Shown: piece after piece, positions 11,665-25,075 of the stretch
Layout: each line of letters begins with the position of its first letter
Position numbering within the stretch: the first letter of the stretch is position 1
Assembly (NCBI GenBank): GCA_951406725.2
Contig: OX597831.1
Location: 66,278,001-66,342,000, forward strand
From: Octopus vulgaris
Lineage: Eukaryota
Length of the DNA: 64,000 bases
Reading direction: 5' to 3'
Program-made: the position numbers and the translations under genes
Notes under the pieces: model-generated
What the model was told of the DNA's origin: nothing
What the model saw: the letters and a program-made list of their open reading frames with translations, nothing else
Database searches by the model: none

Positions 11665-12057
11665 CTAGCAGTATCGCCCGGCGTTGCTCGGGTTGTAAGG
11701 GAAATAAATATATAAGCATTTTTAGAGAGTTATAGCCAAAAAATAGGAAAAAAATGCATTAAAAATTGAAAAAAAATTAAGGTAAATTTTTTTTTAAATC
11801 GTTGACACATCGTAGATATTTTTAGAGAGTTACTTCCCTTATATAAAAGCGAAAAAGATGCATTAAAATGGAAAAATATGATGGTAAATTTTTTTGAAAT
11901 CGTAGACTCATCGTAGACGCACGCTAATACCCAGAAGGGCTCGATATGAATCACGACTATAAGATACCCGCTTTTGGTTAAACTGCACCGCAAAATGTGG
12001 GAGTAGTTAGGAATCTAAATCGTAGGAGACAGACACACAACTTCACTCATATAAAGA
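11665..12057 (-). mobile_element. Non-autonomous Helitron, family H1 (inverted copy of 505-1021, one fewer internal unit)
   Basis: Reverse complement of 505-1021 with the same TC...CTAG termini at an A|T site. Confidence 0.85.
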
Positions 12058-12979
12058 TGCTTTTTTTTTTTCAGTCATAGAGTTAGATTTATGAAGGTCT
12101 TCAGTAGAAAATCCTTCGAATTCTGACTGAACTCGCTGCTTGATATAATGAAATTCGTATCCATTTTTTGTCATAATTACAAATTTTGAAAACACAATAG
12201 GAACAAATTTCGGATAAAAAATCTCCCATAATTGAAAACACAATAGGACACGGAATTAAAATTACACTTCGATTTTTGTACAAAACTGTAGTTGAAGTGT
12301 TTACGAAGTATAATACGTGTTTTCACGAATGTACTAAAGAGATTTGCTCTGATATTCTCATTTAAATATGAATAGGTAAATTCGGGCGGCAGTTGGTAAC
12401 TATATATAAGTGTCGTCTGTTTATACATAAACACTGTTTCATACTGCAATTATATATACATATATCTATATATAATATTATATAATAAAATATATACAGA
12501 GTAAAATAAAAACCAATTTACCTTTTCTGTCTGTCCGTGTGTCTTTGCAAATGTGTTGGAATGATAAGTGAGTTGTGATTTGGCGCCTTTTTTACTAATA
12601 ACAAACACACACGTGTTTGTATGTAGTTGTATGTGTATGTAGTTGTATGTAGTTGTATATGTATGTGTATGCGTGTGTGTGAGGAATGACACACACACAC
12701 TCACGCACGCACACATGTACATCAATGCTTTCGGAGTGATATGTTAAAATATTGAGTTTTCTCGAATTTTGTCTTAATTGGTGGTAAAATTGAAAGAAAT
12801 TTTTTATGGCATCACCCACTGAAGTACTCTGAAAAATCTTAGGTAAACTCTAATTGAAGAAATTGTGTGAGGATTAAATGGTTATGTATTTATTTGTTTC
12901 TGTTTGCTGTGTTTCTTTATTTTTTGAGTAGTGGTTTAAATACTTTCAGTTTAGTCTTCCTCAAATCACTCTGTCGCTA

Positions 12980-13251
12980 TTTACTTTCATTTTATTCGTT
13001 GCCCACTGTGTGTGTGCGTTTGCGTGTGGTGTAAACCAGACTAAGAAAAGCATTTGACACACACACCAGAATGTGAGTTTTCTGTAAATTTTGCTTAATT
13101 GGAGTTTAAATTTTAAAAACTGGACCTGGCATGACGCGATGCATTGTACTCTTAAAAATGCTAGGTAAATTGTAATTGAAGAAATCCTATATTGTAGATT
13201 TGTATAACTCCCAAAGGGAGGCAGATAAAATCTGCCTTTTATAATAAGAGA
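12980..13251 (-). repeat. Interspersed repeat with Helitron-like 5' end, shared with 63575-63840
   Basis: Reverse complement of 63575-63840; starts TCTCTTATTATAAAAGGCAGATTTTATCTGCC with a short hairpin. Confidence 0.7.
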
Positions 13252-13768
13252 TACACTTATATACACATGTGCACAGATAACCATGGATGTATAGCTGCGA
13301 ATATATCCATGTGTAGGGATATATTCATACACATCCATGTCCATACATATACACATGCACATATATACAATATCCCTATCCCTTTATATATCATGATGAG
13401 TATATGTGTGTATACTCATATGATATACTCATATACTCATATGAGTATATGTGTGTATACTTATTATACATACAAATAGAGGGATAGAGGAGAAGGAGTG
13501 AAAGATAATGAAAAAATTCAGATGTATGGATGCGAAAATCTTATTGTTTTTATGGCCATTCAGTGTAGGCTATTGAATAGTCAGAGGTGGAAGTGGCATC
13601 AGGAAGTTGTAAATAAGATAAGATAAATGAAGCCATCTGAGGAGAGCCTATCAGTACTGTGAGTCTGATATCATAAGTGTTGGTGGGGAGAGTTAAATAT
13701 CTACTGGTTATACTGGTGTTAGCTATAGAAGTATAAAATTTTAAAATGTTAATGAAAGTGTATGTTTA

Positions 13769-14132
13769 TCTCTCTATATATAAATGGCAAAATGTCTGCA
13801 TGCATGTCCTTTATACAAATCCACAATTTTTCAGTTAGAGGGCTCGCACTTTCTATGGTCATTCAAAACCGTCCAAGGGTGGTCGTGCACATCTTTACAT
13901 TTCCCCAGTCATGCTGCAAAGCCATTAAAAAATCAATAGAAGTTACTTTTTTGTGAATTTTCTATCCAAAACCCAATCAAAATGCCCGAAACTTGATACG
14001 CCAATTGAATGCCAGCTTGCTGTATGTGATTGGTCGAAGATTTGGACAGTACTCGCGTGTATGTGTGCACGCATGCAGCTGTATATGCATGCACTAGCAC
14101 TATGACCCGGCGTTGCTGGGTCATAGTGCTAG
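13769..14132 (+). mobile_element. Non-autonomous Helitron, family H2
   Basis: A|TC start; 3' hairpin actagcactatgaccc...gggtcatagtgctag|T. Confidence 0.8.
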
Positions 14133-14451
14133 TTAGGAATAAACGAAATACATAAACACATTCACACACACACACACACACACACAATGTTTGAACTGAG
14201 TGAATTATGCTGAATAGAGTGATAATGAATGGTAGTACCATAGTTAAGTAAGTAAATTTGTTGAGTGAAGAAGAAATCTGGTAGCATAAGTATATAAATT
14301 TAGTTTAACCAGTGTTTAATTATAATAGGTATATTATAAATTATAAGCTAGGTGGGGTGTAGAAATAAGAATTGGTGGAGGAGAATAATGTAAGGGTCAA
14401 CAAAAAATATATGGTACATGCCCATTACATTACATCATGAGACAAAAGTCC

Positions 14452-14495
<44 letters not shown>

Positions 14496-15470
14496 AATTA
14501 AAAAAAAGACGAACACAAGAAAAAACATCAATGCGAGGATGTGGTACATGCAAAGTATTAGATGCTCAAGGAAGGAAAGAAAAGTAATTTTACGTTTTGA
14601 GCAAAGCTCTTCATCAAAAACAGATGATGGAAGGAGAAAAAGAAGACGGAGGGAAAAAATTGCCAACAATCCACATGTGGTTACATTACATATATATCCT
14701 AGACTACCTGTGACCCTTGGGTCACTAGGAAAGTCTGAGTTTCCTAACAACGGAGTTTTGTTTTGTGATTTCTTTTTCTTTCTCATGTTATTTCGCATGC
14801 TTTCAACAAATGTGACATTGAAATCATGTGTAAATGGCTCCTTTCCCTGGAAAAAGAAAGATTTGGCTGCTGTTTCTTGCACGTCTTGCTACCACGTAAC
14901 AGGTATTTCGGGTCCTTTATTGTAAATAGCTGTTACATGGTGGCAAGACGTGCTAGAAATAGCAATCAAATCTTTGGAGGTGAAATACATTGAAAGCACT
15001 TGAAAAAAAACTTATGGAAAAACTATTTCACACTGAGGTTATAAACGGGTCTTTTACAAAATATTTACCGAATTTTTAAAGTCCCTTTCACTTTAAAATA
15101 TTTTGCCTATCATAATGTGTCAAATACAAAGGTTAGAGTTTCTTCCCTTTCAGAGTAAAGTTATTTTTGAAGTATTTTCCCATTATGCATTGTTTTGGGT
15201 ATTTATACTCCAAAACCCTGAATATCTCAATAACTACTGGTCCGATTTATACAAAACTTCACATTTCAAGAGCACTTTACTTTCAAAGTATTTTCCCATT
15301 ATGCACAAGTTTGGTTGTGTAACATTGCAAGCAAGCAAGCAAGATTGAACTTCACTTTTAATAGTATATATTATTTAAAACAGCTTGATTCGGTTCCATA
15401 CTACTTCAAGTTTCACAAGGGAGACCAACTCTTTCAGGTTTTGGATTGCATTGAGTGCTCTTTTCTCTCA

Positions 15471-15524
<54 letters not shown>

Positions 15525-15755
15525 TATACATACATACATACATACACAAGACAGGCAGATATATCACCTCATGTGTAATATGATTGTTTTCAATAAAATG
15601 TAAATATTCTTAGAGATTTGAAAATTCTGATTTATTATGAATTATTGTATAGCAATTGTATAGAGAATTGAATTATTGTATAGAAATTGTGTAGGAAACT
15701 CAATAGCATCCATTTAATTATCTCTGGTTTAACTGTTACTTTATTTTGTTTACAG

Positions 15756-15910
15756 GTTCTGAACTTGCCCTAATGTATAATGATGAGTCAGTTTTAGAGA
15801 ATCACCATTTAGCTGTGGCATTTAAACTTCTGCAAGAAGAAAACTGTGATATTTTTGCAAATCTTTCAAGAAAACAACATCAGTCATTACGGAAGATGGT
15901 TATAGATATG
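15756..15910 (+). CDS. PDE4: PDE4 exon D (155 nt, (S)[51 protein letters not shown])
   Basis: tacag acceptor and gtaatt donor. Phase complements exon C (a+gt=Ser). Contains YNDxSVLENHH. Confidence 0.97.
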
Positions 15911-16143
15911 GTAATTACTTCAACTAAATTTATATTAATTTCTTGTCAAATAATCAATCAAATATTAATTTTGTTTTCTGACACAATGTTTTACATTATT
16001 TTATAGAAATAATATAATCATATACTTTTATCCATCTATAATTAGTAATATTCACAGACACAGTGTTTGAGTGGAAAATTTATTGTTCATAAGGAAACTG
16101 AACAACATGAGTAGCAAGACGTTGTATAATGCCATTATATATA

Positions 16144-16984
16144 CAGGGTGTGATTGGTAAATTGTTACCAATGAAATATTTTTAATTTCACACATGTGCA
16201 TTGTTTATTTTTGATTCTGTTGACTACACAGTATAGTAGGGTCAATTGGGCACTCTCTGTGAAAAAATCAGCACCATGATGCTAGAAATTTAGAAACAAC
16301 ATGCTGTACAGCTTGGCATTTAGAGTGTTTGGGTGTCAATCTGAGGATGGTGCAATGTGAGGACATGTACTGAGAGTGATAAAAAACATCCAGTCAACAT
16401 CATGGTGTTTGCAGTGATTACTAGAGACGGTAATATTATGCCTCCATTCATCTTCTTACAAGGCCTCAGACTCAACATTGAGACCTACATCAAGTGCCTG
16501 GAGGAAGTGGTGCTGCCCTGGGTCAAGACGGTGGCTGCTGGAAGACCCTGTCTGGTAACAGGAATCAGCACCATGCCACACAAGCAGGAGAACCCAGTCG
16601 TGGTTGTCAGACAATTTTTGCGACTACATCACCCCTGACATCTGGTCACCTAATCCTCCAGACTGTAACCCCATTGATTATTATGTGTGAGGTGCAGTTG
16701 AGTGAGAGATCAACAAAACTCCTTGTAACACCAAATATGAACTGAAGGCAAAGATTATGGTAGCACTCACCAACTTAAACAAGGAGACTGTCCAGAAGGG
16801 TTGCAGGAGATTCTGAAGTCGTCTGGAAGCCATGGTTGAAGCCAATGACGATTTTATTGCATAAATTTACTCTTTATATTTCAGAATATTTTTATGTAAT
16901 TTTGGTAAATATATGTTAAAATGGGATGTTAGTGTTATTTTCATTTTTGCATAATTTAGATGACAGTTTATTCACTGTGCTTTG
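16144..16984 (+). mobile_element. Tc1/mariner (DD37D/maT-like) transposon relic
   Basis: TA|CAGGGTG start; KHPVNIMVFAVITRDG..MPPFIF..Y..CLEEVVLPW and frameshifted WSPNPPDCNPIDYYV (WPPxSPDLNPxD motif). Confidence 0.8.
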
Positions 16985-17023
16985 TATAAGTGTATGTATA
17001 TGTATTGTGCTTGTACATATATA

Positions 17024-17960
17024 CAGGGAGCATCAGTTTTTAGAGATCATTTGTATGAGTTTAGAAAACCTGTGTTTGTAAACAAATTGGTTCGAAAATT
17101 TTGAGAATTCTTCTAACCACATTATAAGGAATCCACCATTAGCATCAATGACTGCTTCAATATGAGGTTGGAAGTGTTGACATGCCAGAAGCAGATAACC
17201 TTTATCAATTTTGGACATGGTGCTGGTTATGGTAGACTTGAGAGATTTTATGAGTGGATGTGTTAATTGTCCTTCGTCTCAGTGTATGCCCTGTAAATAA
17301 TAATCCAGAGGATTTAGGTCTAGTGAGCTAGGACGCCATGTCTCTGGGAGAACATGATTATGGAGTTTGACATGCATTCATGCTATGGTTGTCCTGGCTT
17401 TATGAAATGGCACAGAATCTTGTTGGAAGAAATGCTATCTTCCATTGCATACTCACAACTTTCTTCAACACTAAAGCCTGTGCAAAAAAGGCATGGTATC
17501 TCCCTTGTTGCTGATGACTCCCAGAACCATCACATTTGCTGGGAACTTAGTATGTATGACCATTGGAACCTCATTCCTTCAGTTTACCTCTTGGTCCTGA
17601 TTGATGTTTTCTTCGTCAGAGAAAAACCAAAGTACTTCAGCTCTCTGGTCTTTTAACTTATTTAACAAGCACTTTGCACAGATTGAATGATTCTCTCTTG
17701 TCATATCTGATATAAACTGACCCCTCTACATCACATACAACTTGTACTGGATGTCCTCATGCACAACTCTTGTGATGGTGCATTCTGAAACCTTGAGGTC
17801 CTTTGCAATGACCCTGGTTCACTTTCCTGAGTTTTAGTACTTATTTCTTGGACATTTCATACACTGTTACCTGTTCTGAAGCTATTGTGAATGCATTTTT
17901 GCATTTAGGGGCTGATGTTGGATCCCCATCAGTATCTTTCAAACTTTGACAACGATGCAA
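17024..17960 (-). mobile_element. Second Tc1/mariner (DD37D-like) relic, convergent with the first
   Basis: TA|CAGGG terminus at 17024; minus strand encodes WRPSSLDLNPLDYY and C-terminal ACQHFQPHIEAVIDANGG. Confidence 0.7.
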
Positions 17961-18232
17961 TTTGTATGCATATATACAAAGTGATGCAGTTTTATATACA
18001 TGCATACAAACTGATGTTGTCTAAATTCCACTGAAAGAGCTTTGTTTCTCTGCTTGAAACAAACTATTGTTCTATTAGTGAGAAATTTTAAAGAATAAAA
18101 CCAGATCATAAACACACTACTTTGCCTACCTAAATGGAGAAAAAAATATTACATGTTGCTTATGCAAACAGGAAATTCTGCTGGTAGCCTAAGGTATAAA
18201 TTCAAATAATTGCATTATTTTAGTTGTCTTAA

Positions 18233-18433
<201 letters not shown>

Positions 18434-18486
18434 TAATGTAATCACTTGTACAAAATTTTGAAGAGTTGCAGATAATAATAGTTTGA

Positions 18487-18705
18487 CCCTTTAGCATTCA
18501 GATTATTCTGTCAAAGGTAACGCTTTTTCATTCAAATTGTCTTTAATTAATCCTGCATTGTTTTGCAGCTTTAAAATTTTGATGATGTGACTGTATATTT
18601 TATAATTGCATTGAAGGGTAGGTATGATAGGCTTGATCTGGCCAGATAGAACATAAAACAGGGAGCATATTTGGGCCGGATACGGCCAGTTTAAATGCTA
18701 AAGGG
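18487..18705. mobile_element. piggyBac-like MITE
   Basis: CCCTTTAGCATT/AATGCTAAAGGG TIRs; TTAA on the right, TTGA (mutated) on the left. Confidence 0.75.
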
Positions 18706-18950
18706 TTAAAGCTGAAAGAATTGTTTAGAATTCAAAATTTTAAGGGTCAACATGGTAGTCAATGAATTAGTTAATAACAGGGAACACAAGATCTCAGAAC
18801 CATCTGGCAACAGGCTTTGTTCAGTATGATAGGGATGAGCAAGAATCAGTCATCTATACAAGAATAATTGCAATTATATGTTGCTATAGATATGCCATTA
18901 AAGTGGAGATAGATTGAAAAGTATTCAAACTTTGAAGCAGATGTGAATTG

Positions 18951-19366
18951 GGATCTTTTCGGTTTGAACGGCAGTTTTTTCTAGCGGTGTCATATGAAAT
19001 TGTCACCCATAACTATGACCCTAGTATCAATCTATTGCATTTCAATCTGTTTTAGGGTTAGGGTTAGGGGTGGGGGGAAGGGTATCTTTTTTTCTTCACA
19101 AATGTAAATAAACCCAATCTGTTTCTTAAACGAGGACATATTCATACGGCACAGAATGTTTTTTACCTCAATAGATGTAATTGATTGGTTGAAATTGCTG
19201 AAATTGAAGATAAAAACCAACAAATATCTTACAAACTATAGAATTTTCTCAATAAAGCCAAGAGAAAAAGATATTTTATAAACACATTCTACCAGTATAC
19301 AAAGTTAAAAGTTTTTTAGTTACCTAGAAATTATGTTAAAAACTGCCGTTCAAACCGAAAAGATCC
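18951..19366. mobile_element. Second copy of the TTAGGG-containing MITE
   Basis: Same TIRs; TSD GTGAATTG at 18943-18950 and 19367-19374. Confidence 0.92.
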
Positions 19367-19805
19367 GTGAATTGATAGAAAGCATAGTGAAAGCACCTGT
19401 AATTGAGTAAACTGACAAGATGCTTCCTGTTCAGGTGGAAACATTTATCTGACAGTTAAATATGTTTGGTGATGAAATTAGTTATGTGATTTCTTAAGAA
19501 TGGTAAATATTTTATTTCTACACTGTTAATTAGTATTGGCTTTGATTTCAAAACCTGCTGATCCAGCTTTGCCAGTTTTTGAGAATGGTTTTTACTTAAC
19601 AATGCTTGTCTCTTTTGCCTGTAATTTTATTGCCTCATGGATCGGAAACAATTTCTCCAGTCATATAAATTTAACATGAAGTTATTCTAAAACAATCATG
19701 ATTTATGATATTTAAAAATAAAATTTAGCAGATAGATTTTGTTTTACTTCACAATAAAAAAAACTGACAATATGAAATGACACTGAGTTCCAAGTAAATG
19801 ACAAT

Positions 19806-20465
19806 ATGTATGTATGCATGTATGTATGTATGTATGTATGTATGTATGTATGTATGTATGTATGTATGTATGTATGTATGCATGTATGCGTGTATGTATG
19901 TATGTATGTTTGTTTGTATGTATGTATGTATGTTTGTATGTATGTATGTGTGTGTATGTATGTATGTATGTATGTATGCATGTATGTAAGTATGAATGCA
20001 TGTTTGTATGTATGTATGTATGTATGTATGTATGTTTGTATGTATGTATGTATGTTTGTATGTATGTATGTATGTTTGTATGTATGTATGTGTGTGTATG
20101 TATGTATGCATGTATGTATGTATGTATGCATGTATGTAAGTATGAATGCATGTTTGTATGTATGTATGTATGTATGTATGTTTGTATGTATGTATGTTTG
20201 TATGTATGTATGTATGTATGTATGTTTGTATGTATGCATGCATGCATGCTTGTATGTATGTATGTATGTATGTATGTATGTTATGTATGTATGTATGTAT
20301 GTATGTATGCATGCATGCTTGCTTGTATGTATGTATGTATGTATGTATGTATGTTTGTATGTATGTTTGTATGTATGTATGTATGTATGTATGTACGTAC
20401 ATACGTATGTATGTATGTATGTATGTATGTATGTATGTATGTATGTATGTATGTATGTATGTACA
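19806..20465. repeat. (TATG)n tetranucleotide array, ~660 bp
   Basis: Direct reading; includes a duplicated higher-order block (...gcatgtatgtaagtatgaatgcatg... twice). Confidence 0.97.
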
Positions 20466-21168
20466 TACAACACAATAAAATAACTAATATACTCACTCGA
20501 AGTTTCATTAAATCAAAGTAATGATGTGCATAACATTTATAGTGTATATATGGATCCAGAACAGAGCTAGTTGTAATATTTTGTTTCAGAGAACCTTATC
20601 ACAGAGACTTCTGTATTAAAATTCAGAGGCTCACTTAGAATATCATTGGTAGATTGTTTGAATGGTGTTTTGATTTGATTTGATCTCCAGTGTCAAACAT
20701 GCCACACATTCTTGAAATACATTCATTCCTATAGAGAAATCAGTAAACAAAATATTCAGTTTTGTGTGAAGACTGGTTAGGTTATAATTGAATTAATACA
20801 CACACTTGAAACATCTCTAAGAAGTTTCTCTGAAACAAAATATTACAGTTATTGTCATTCCACATTTGTATAAACACTGTTATGCTCACCTTTTTTTTAA
20901 TTTAATGTTGTTTCAAGTATGTATATTGATTTAATTCTAGCCTTGTCAGCTCCCCATTTCTGTATAAGAACAAATATTGACCAACAAATTGCTGACCAAT
21001 ATTACTTAATGTTCACGATGCTAGTTCCCAATTTCTTTATTTAAAATGTTTAAATGTAATAAAATAAAATAATAATAATCATAACTTTTACTTCAAAAGG
21101 TTTATAAGGAATCTGTTACCTTTTATGATCTAAGAAGTAAAATAAATCTTTCTACATACACTGTCTGT

Positions 21169-21466
21169 GGAGGCACATGGCCTAGTGGTTAGAGCAGCAG
21201 ATTCGTGGTCGAGGGATCTCAGGTTCGAATCTCAGACCGGACGATGTGTGTGTTTATGAGAGAAACACCTAAGTTCCATGCGGCTCCCACAGAAGGTAAT
21301 GGCGAACTTCTGCTGACTCTTTCGCCACAACTTTCTCTCACTCTTTCCTCCTGCATCTTGCAGCTCACCTGCGACGGACCGGCGTCCCGTCCAGGTGGGG
21401 AACCTATACGCCAAGGAAACCAGGAAACTGGCCCTTATGAGCCAGGCATGGCTTGAGAAGGAACAA
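21169..21466 (+). mobile_element. tRNA(Arg)-like SINE, family R-b
   Basis: 15-bp TSD ACATACACTGTCTGT at 21154-21168 and 21467-21481. Confidence 0.9.
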
Positions 21467-21625
21467 ACATACACTGTCTGTGCACAAAGCTAATTTATAA
21501 AAAAAATTGATGTCCTAGGAGGTATAAAGTGTTTATTCCAAAGAATTTTTATATCAACTATGCTTTTCCTGTTATTGTTAATTTATTCCATGCTGTTTCT
21601 AACTAAATTTTACACTTTCTGGCAG

Positions 21626-21808
21626 GTATTACAAAACATGGTGCATTGTTCTGATTTGAGTAATCCTACAAAACCTCTTGAAGTTTACCGAAAATGGGTT
21701 GATCGGATTATGGAAGAGTTTTTCATTCAAGGAGATATGGAACGTGAAAAAGGATTAGATATCAGTCCAATGTGTGACCGACATAATGCAACAATTGAAA
21801 AATCTCAG
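21626..21808 (+). CDS. PDE4: PDE4 exon F (183 nt, [17 protein letters not shown]...[15 protein letters not shown])
   Basis: ggcag acceptor and gtaaaa donor. HCxDLSNPTK, EFFxQGD and SPMCD motifs; ends on the invariant substrate-binding Gln. Confidence 0.97.
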
Positions 21809-22247
21809 GTAAAAATCATATTCAACAATTTCTACAAAATATTATTTGTGCCTGTAATGACGATGATAGTGATTATGTAATTTATCATCATCTCTACTTT
21901 TGCTTTATGGACATATATATATACTTGATTTTTCAGTTTTTTGGGGCGTTTGTGAGTGGGTGAGAAGGGATCACCATTTTGGAAACAGGTGTAGAAAAAT
22001 TATTGAAGAAATATTTGAAAATTAGACTCTTTTTATATGTTTGTTGGACAACTGCCAGAAAACCAAAAGTGGGGTTGGAATTATTGTTGAGTTCATGTTT
22101 AATTTATTTATTGAAGATATTATGTAGAATTTATGATTGTCACACCTTTACACAGATCAGCAATGTTGAAAGCACTTCTGTCTCATCTGTTTCTGTGTGT
22201 ATCAGTAAGGTAATGTACACACAGCTCATCTGATGGCCTGCAGTAAA

Positions 22248-22666
22248 TACTCTTTACTCTTTCACTCTTTTACTTGTTTCAGTCATTTGACTGTGGCCAT
22301 GCTGGAGCACCGCCTTTAATCAAGCAAATCGACCCCGGGACTTATTCTTTTGTAAGCCCAGTACTTATTCTATCGGTCTCTTTTGCCAAACCGCTAAGTA
22401 ACGTGGACGTAAACACACCAGCATCGGTTGTCAAGCAATGCTAGGGGGACAAACACAGACACACAAACACAAACATGCATATATATATATATATATATAT
22501 ATACGACAGGCTTCTTTCAGTTTCCGTCTACCAAATCCACTCACAAGGCTTTGGTCGGCCCAAGGCTATAGTAGAAGACACTTGCCCAAGGTACCATGCA
22601 GTGGGACTGAACTCGGAACCATGTGGTTGGTAAACAAGCTACTTACCACACAGCCACTCCTGCGCC
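22248..22666 (-). mobile_element. SINE family S
   Basis: Full-length reverse copy. Confidence 0.88.
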
Positions 22667-22978
22667 TATAAGCAATGTGAGGCATTGCTTTTGAAAAATG
22701 ACCCTATTTTGTAATGCACTGAAATTGTTTTTTGTTCATAACTTTATTACTAGTTATGCTTTCTATAGCTCTAGTATCTTTCACTTGTCTTTTATTTTTA
22801 TGGAAATACTTTATTCCGTTTTCAATTTCTAAGCAATATTTCTAACTGCTGTCTCATGAGACATTTCAGTATACTAAGTTATAGTATAATTGGATCCAAA
22901 GTTAGTAGAGATCCTCTCACCATAAAGTATGTCAACATTTGGCATTACTGAACTTGAGTGCATAGATTTCAGATCTGT

Positions 22979-23390
22979 TACTCTTTTACTTGTTTCAGTC
23001 ATTTGACTGTGGCCATGCTGGAGCACCACCTTTAGTCAAGCAAATCAACCCCCCAGGACTTATTCTTTGTAAGCCTATTCTATCGGTCTCTTTTGCCGAA
23101 CCGCTAGGTTACGGAGACATAAACACACCAGCATCGGTTGTCAAGCGATGTTGAAGGACAAACACAGACACACAAACACAGACACACACACACACACACA
23201 CAAACATATATATATATATACATATATATGACGGGCTTCTTTCAGTTTCCGTCTACCAAATCCACTCACAAGGCTTTGGTTGGCCCAAGGCTATAGTAGA
23301 AGACACTTGCCCAAGGTGCCATGCAGTGGGACTGAACCAGGAATCATGTGGTTGGTAACGAAGCTACTTACCACACAGCCACTCATGTCT
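22979..23390 (-). mobile_element. SINE family S
   Basis: Full-length reverse copy. Confidence 0.88.
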
Positions 23391-23522
23391 AAGTAATCAA
23401 TTTGACTGCAAACAGCTAGGATGCAAAACTATAAATTGCATGTAAATTAGAGCATGTAGTACATAACCATTTTCAGATTTGAATTTAGTACATTAAAAAC
23501 AAGAATCAGTAAAAAATATTAA

Positions 23523-23928
23523 GGCGCAGGAGTGGCTGTGTGGTAAGTAGCTTGCTTACCAACCACATGGCTCCGAGTTCAGTCCCACTGCGTGGTACCT
23601 TGGGCAAGTTTCTTCTGCTATAGCCGACCAATGCCCTCTGAGTGGATTTGGTAGACGGAAACTGAAAGAAGCCTGTCGTATATATGTATATGTATGTGTG
23701 TGTATATGTTTGTGTGTCTGTTTTTGTCCCCCTAGAATTGCTTGACAACCGATGCTGGTGTGTTTACGTCCCCGTAACTTAGCGGTTCGGCAAAAGAGAC
23801 CGATAGAATAAGTACTGAGCTTACAAAAGAATAAGTCCCCGGGGTCGATTTGCTCGACTAAAGGCGGTGCTGCAGCATGGCCACAGTCAAATGACTGAAA
23901 CAAGTAAAAGAGAAAAGAGAAAGAGAGA
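23523..23928 (+). mobile_element. SINE family S
   Basis: Full-length forward copy, head-to-head with 22979-23390. Confidence 0.88.
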
Positions 23929-24736
23929 ACTGAGATTTCAAAATAAAAATGGTGTTCTGTGTAATAGGTAGGTACAATTGATAATGATGGGTGATTTCTC
24001 TAAAAGGTGTAGGTTATGAATGCAGTTCATGTTAGTTGTGTAGTTCCTCCTCAGTGCGGTCCGTATTCATCTAAGAACTAATTATTAGACTCTTGTGACT
24101 GAACTAGTGGAATGAAAACAAAACGATTTCTTTGTTTAGTTACATCTCTTTACATTATGAGTTCATTTTTATGTTTCGTGCATCCGGTGTGCATAAAATA
24201 AGGACCAGTTATAATTATAGTTGATTAAATGCTCTTCACTCTTGCCCACAATTTGTGTCTAGCATAGGTACACTTGTTCTTTGTTGAATGTTTGTGGTGA
24301 AGTGTCTAACCAAACTGCAGATATAGGTCAAGCATTGACCAAAGGTAGGCCAAAGACTGCTTTGTCTGTTTCTATCATTCTACATTTATGCATTTATTTT
24401 ACCCAGTTATTATTACTGTTGTTATTATCATCATAATCATCATTATTGTCGTTGTTGTTGTAGAAGTCTGGACAGCAAGCTAACAGAATTGTTAGTGCAT
24501 TAAACAAAAACAGTGGCATTTCTTCCAGCTCTGCGTTATGAGTTTAAATCCTGCTAAAGTTAACTTTGCCTTGCATTATTTTGGCGTTGATAAAATAAAG
24601 TATCCATCAAATACATGTAATCAACTAAACTCATCCCCTTAAAATTGTTGATTTCTGCTAAAATTTGAAACCATTATTAGAGTTGTTGTTATTGTTATCA
24701 TCAGTATTATTATTATTATTATTGTTTTCGTTTCAG

Positions 24737-25075
24737 GTCGGTTTTATTGACTACATCGTTCATCCATTATGGGAGACTTGGGCTGATTTAGTTTATCCAA
24801 GTGCACAAGATATTTTAGATACCTTAGAAGACAACAGAGACTGGTATCAAAGTATGAATCCAATTAGTCCATCAGCTAGCTTTTGCAATCATTCGAAGGA
24901 AGGAAGCAAAGACTCAGAAGAAAGCCGGTTTCAGTTTGATGCGGCTACTGATGAAGAAAATAGTGCGCACAGTCAGGATTCTAATACGGTAACAGTAAGG
25001 TTTGACACATCGAGTCTCAGTGAAGAAACTGTTGATCAGCTTGACAATGAAGGCGACGAGCTGCTTTATCCGTGA
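24737..25075 (+). CDS. PDE4: PDE4 terminal coding exon G ([19 protein letters not shown]...RFQFD...DELLYP*)
   Basis: tttcag acceptor; [15 protein letters not shown] motif, then FQF motif and an acidic tail; TGA at 25073-25075. Confidence 0.96.
   Translation, partial: VGFIDYIVHPLWETWADLVYPSAQDILDTLEDNRDWYQSMNPISPSASFCNHSKEGSKDSEESRFQFDAATDEENSAHSQDSNTVTVRFDTSSLSEETVDQLDNEGDELLYP

Noticed and set aside
19712-20521. ORFs of repeated IHTY / MYVC
   Set aside because: Translations of (TATG)n.
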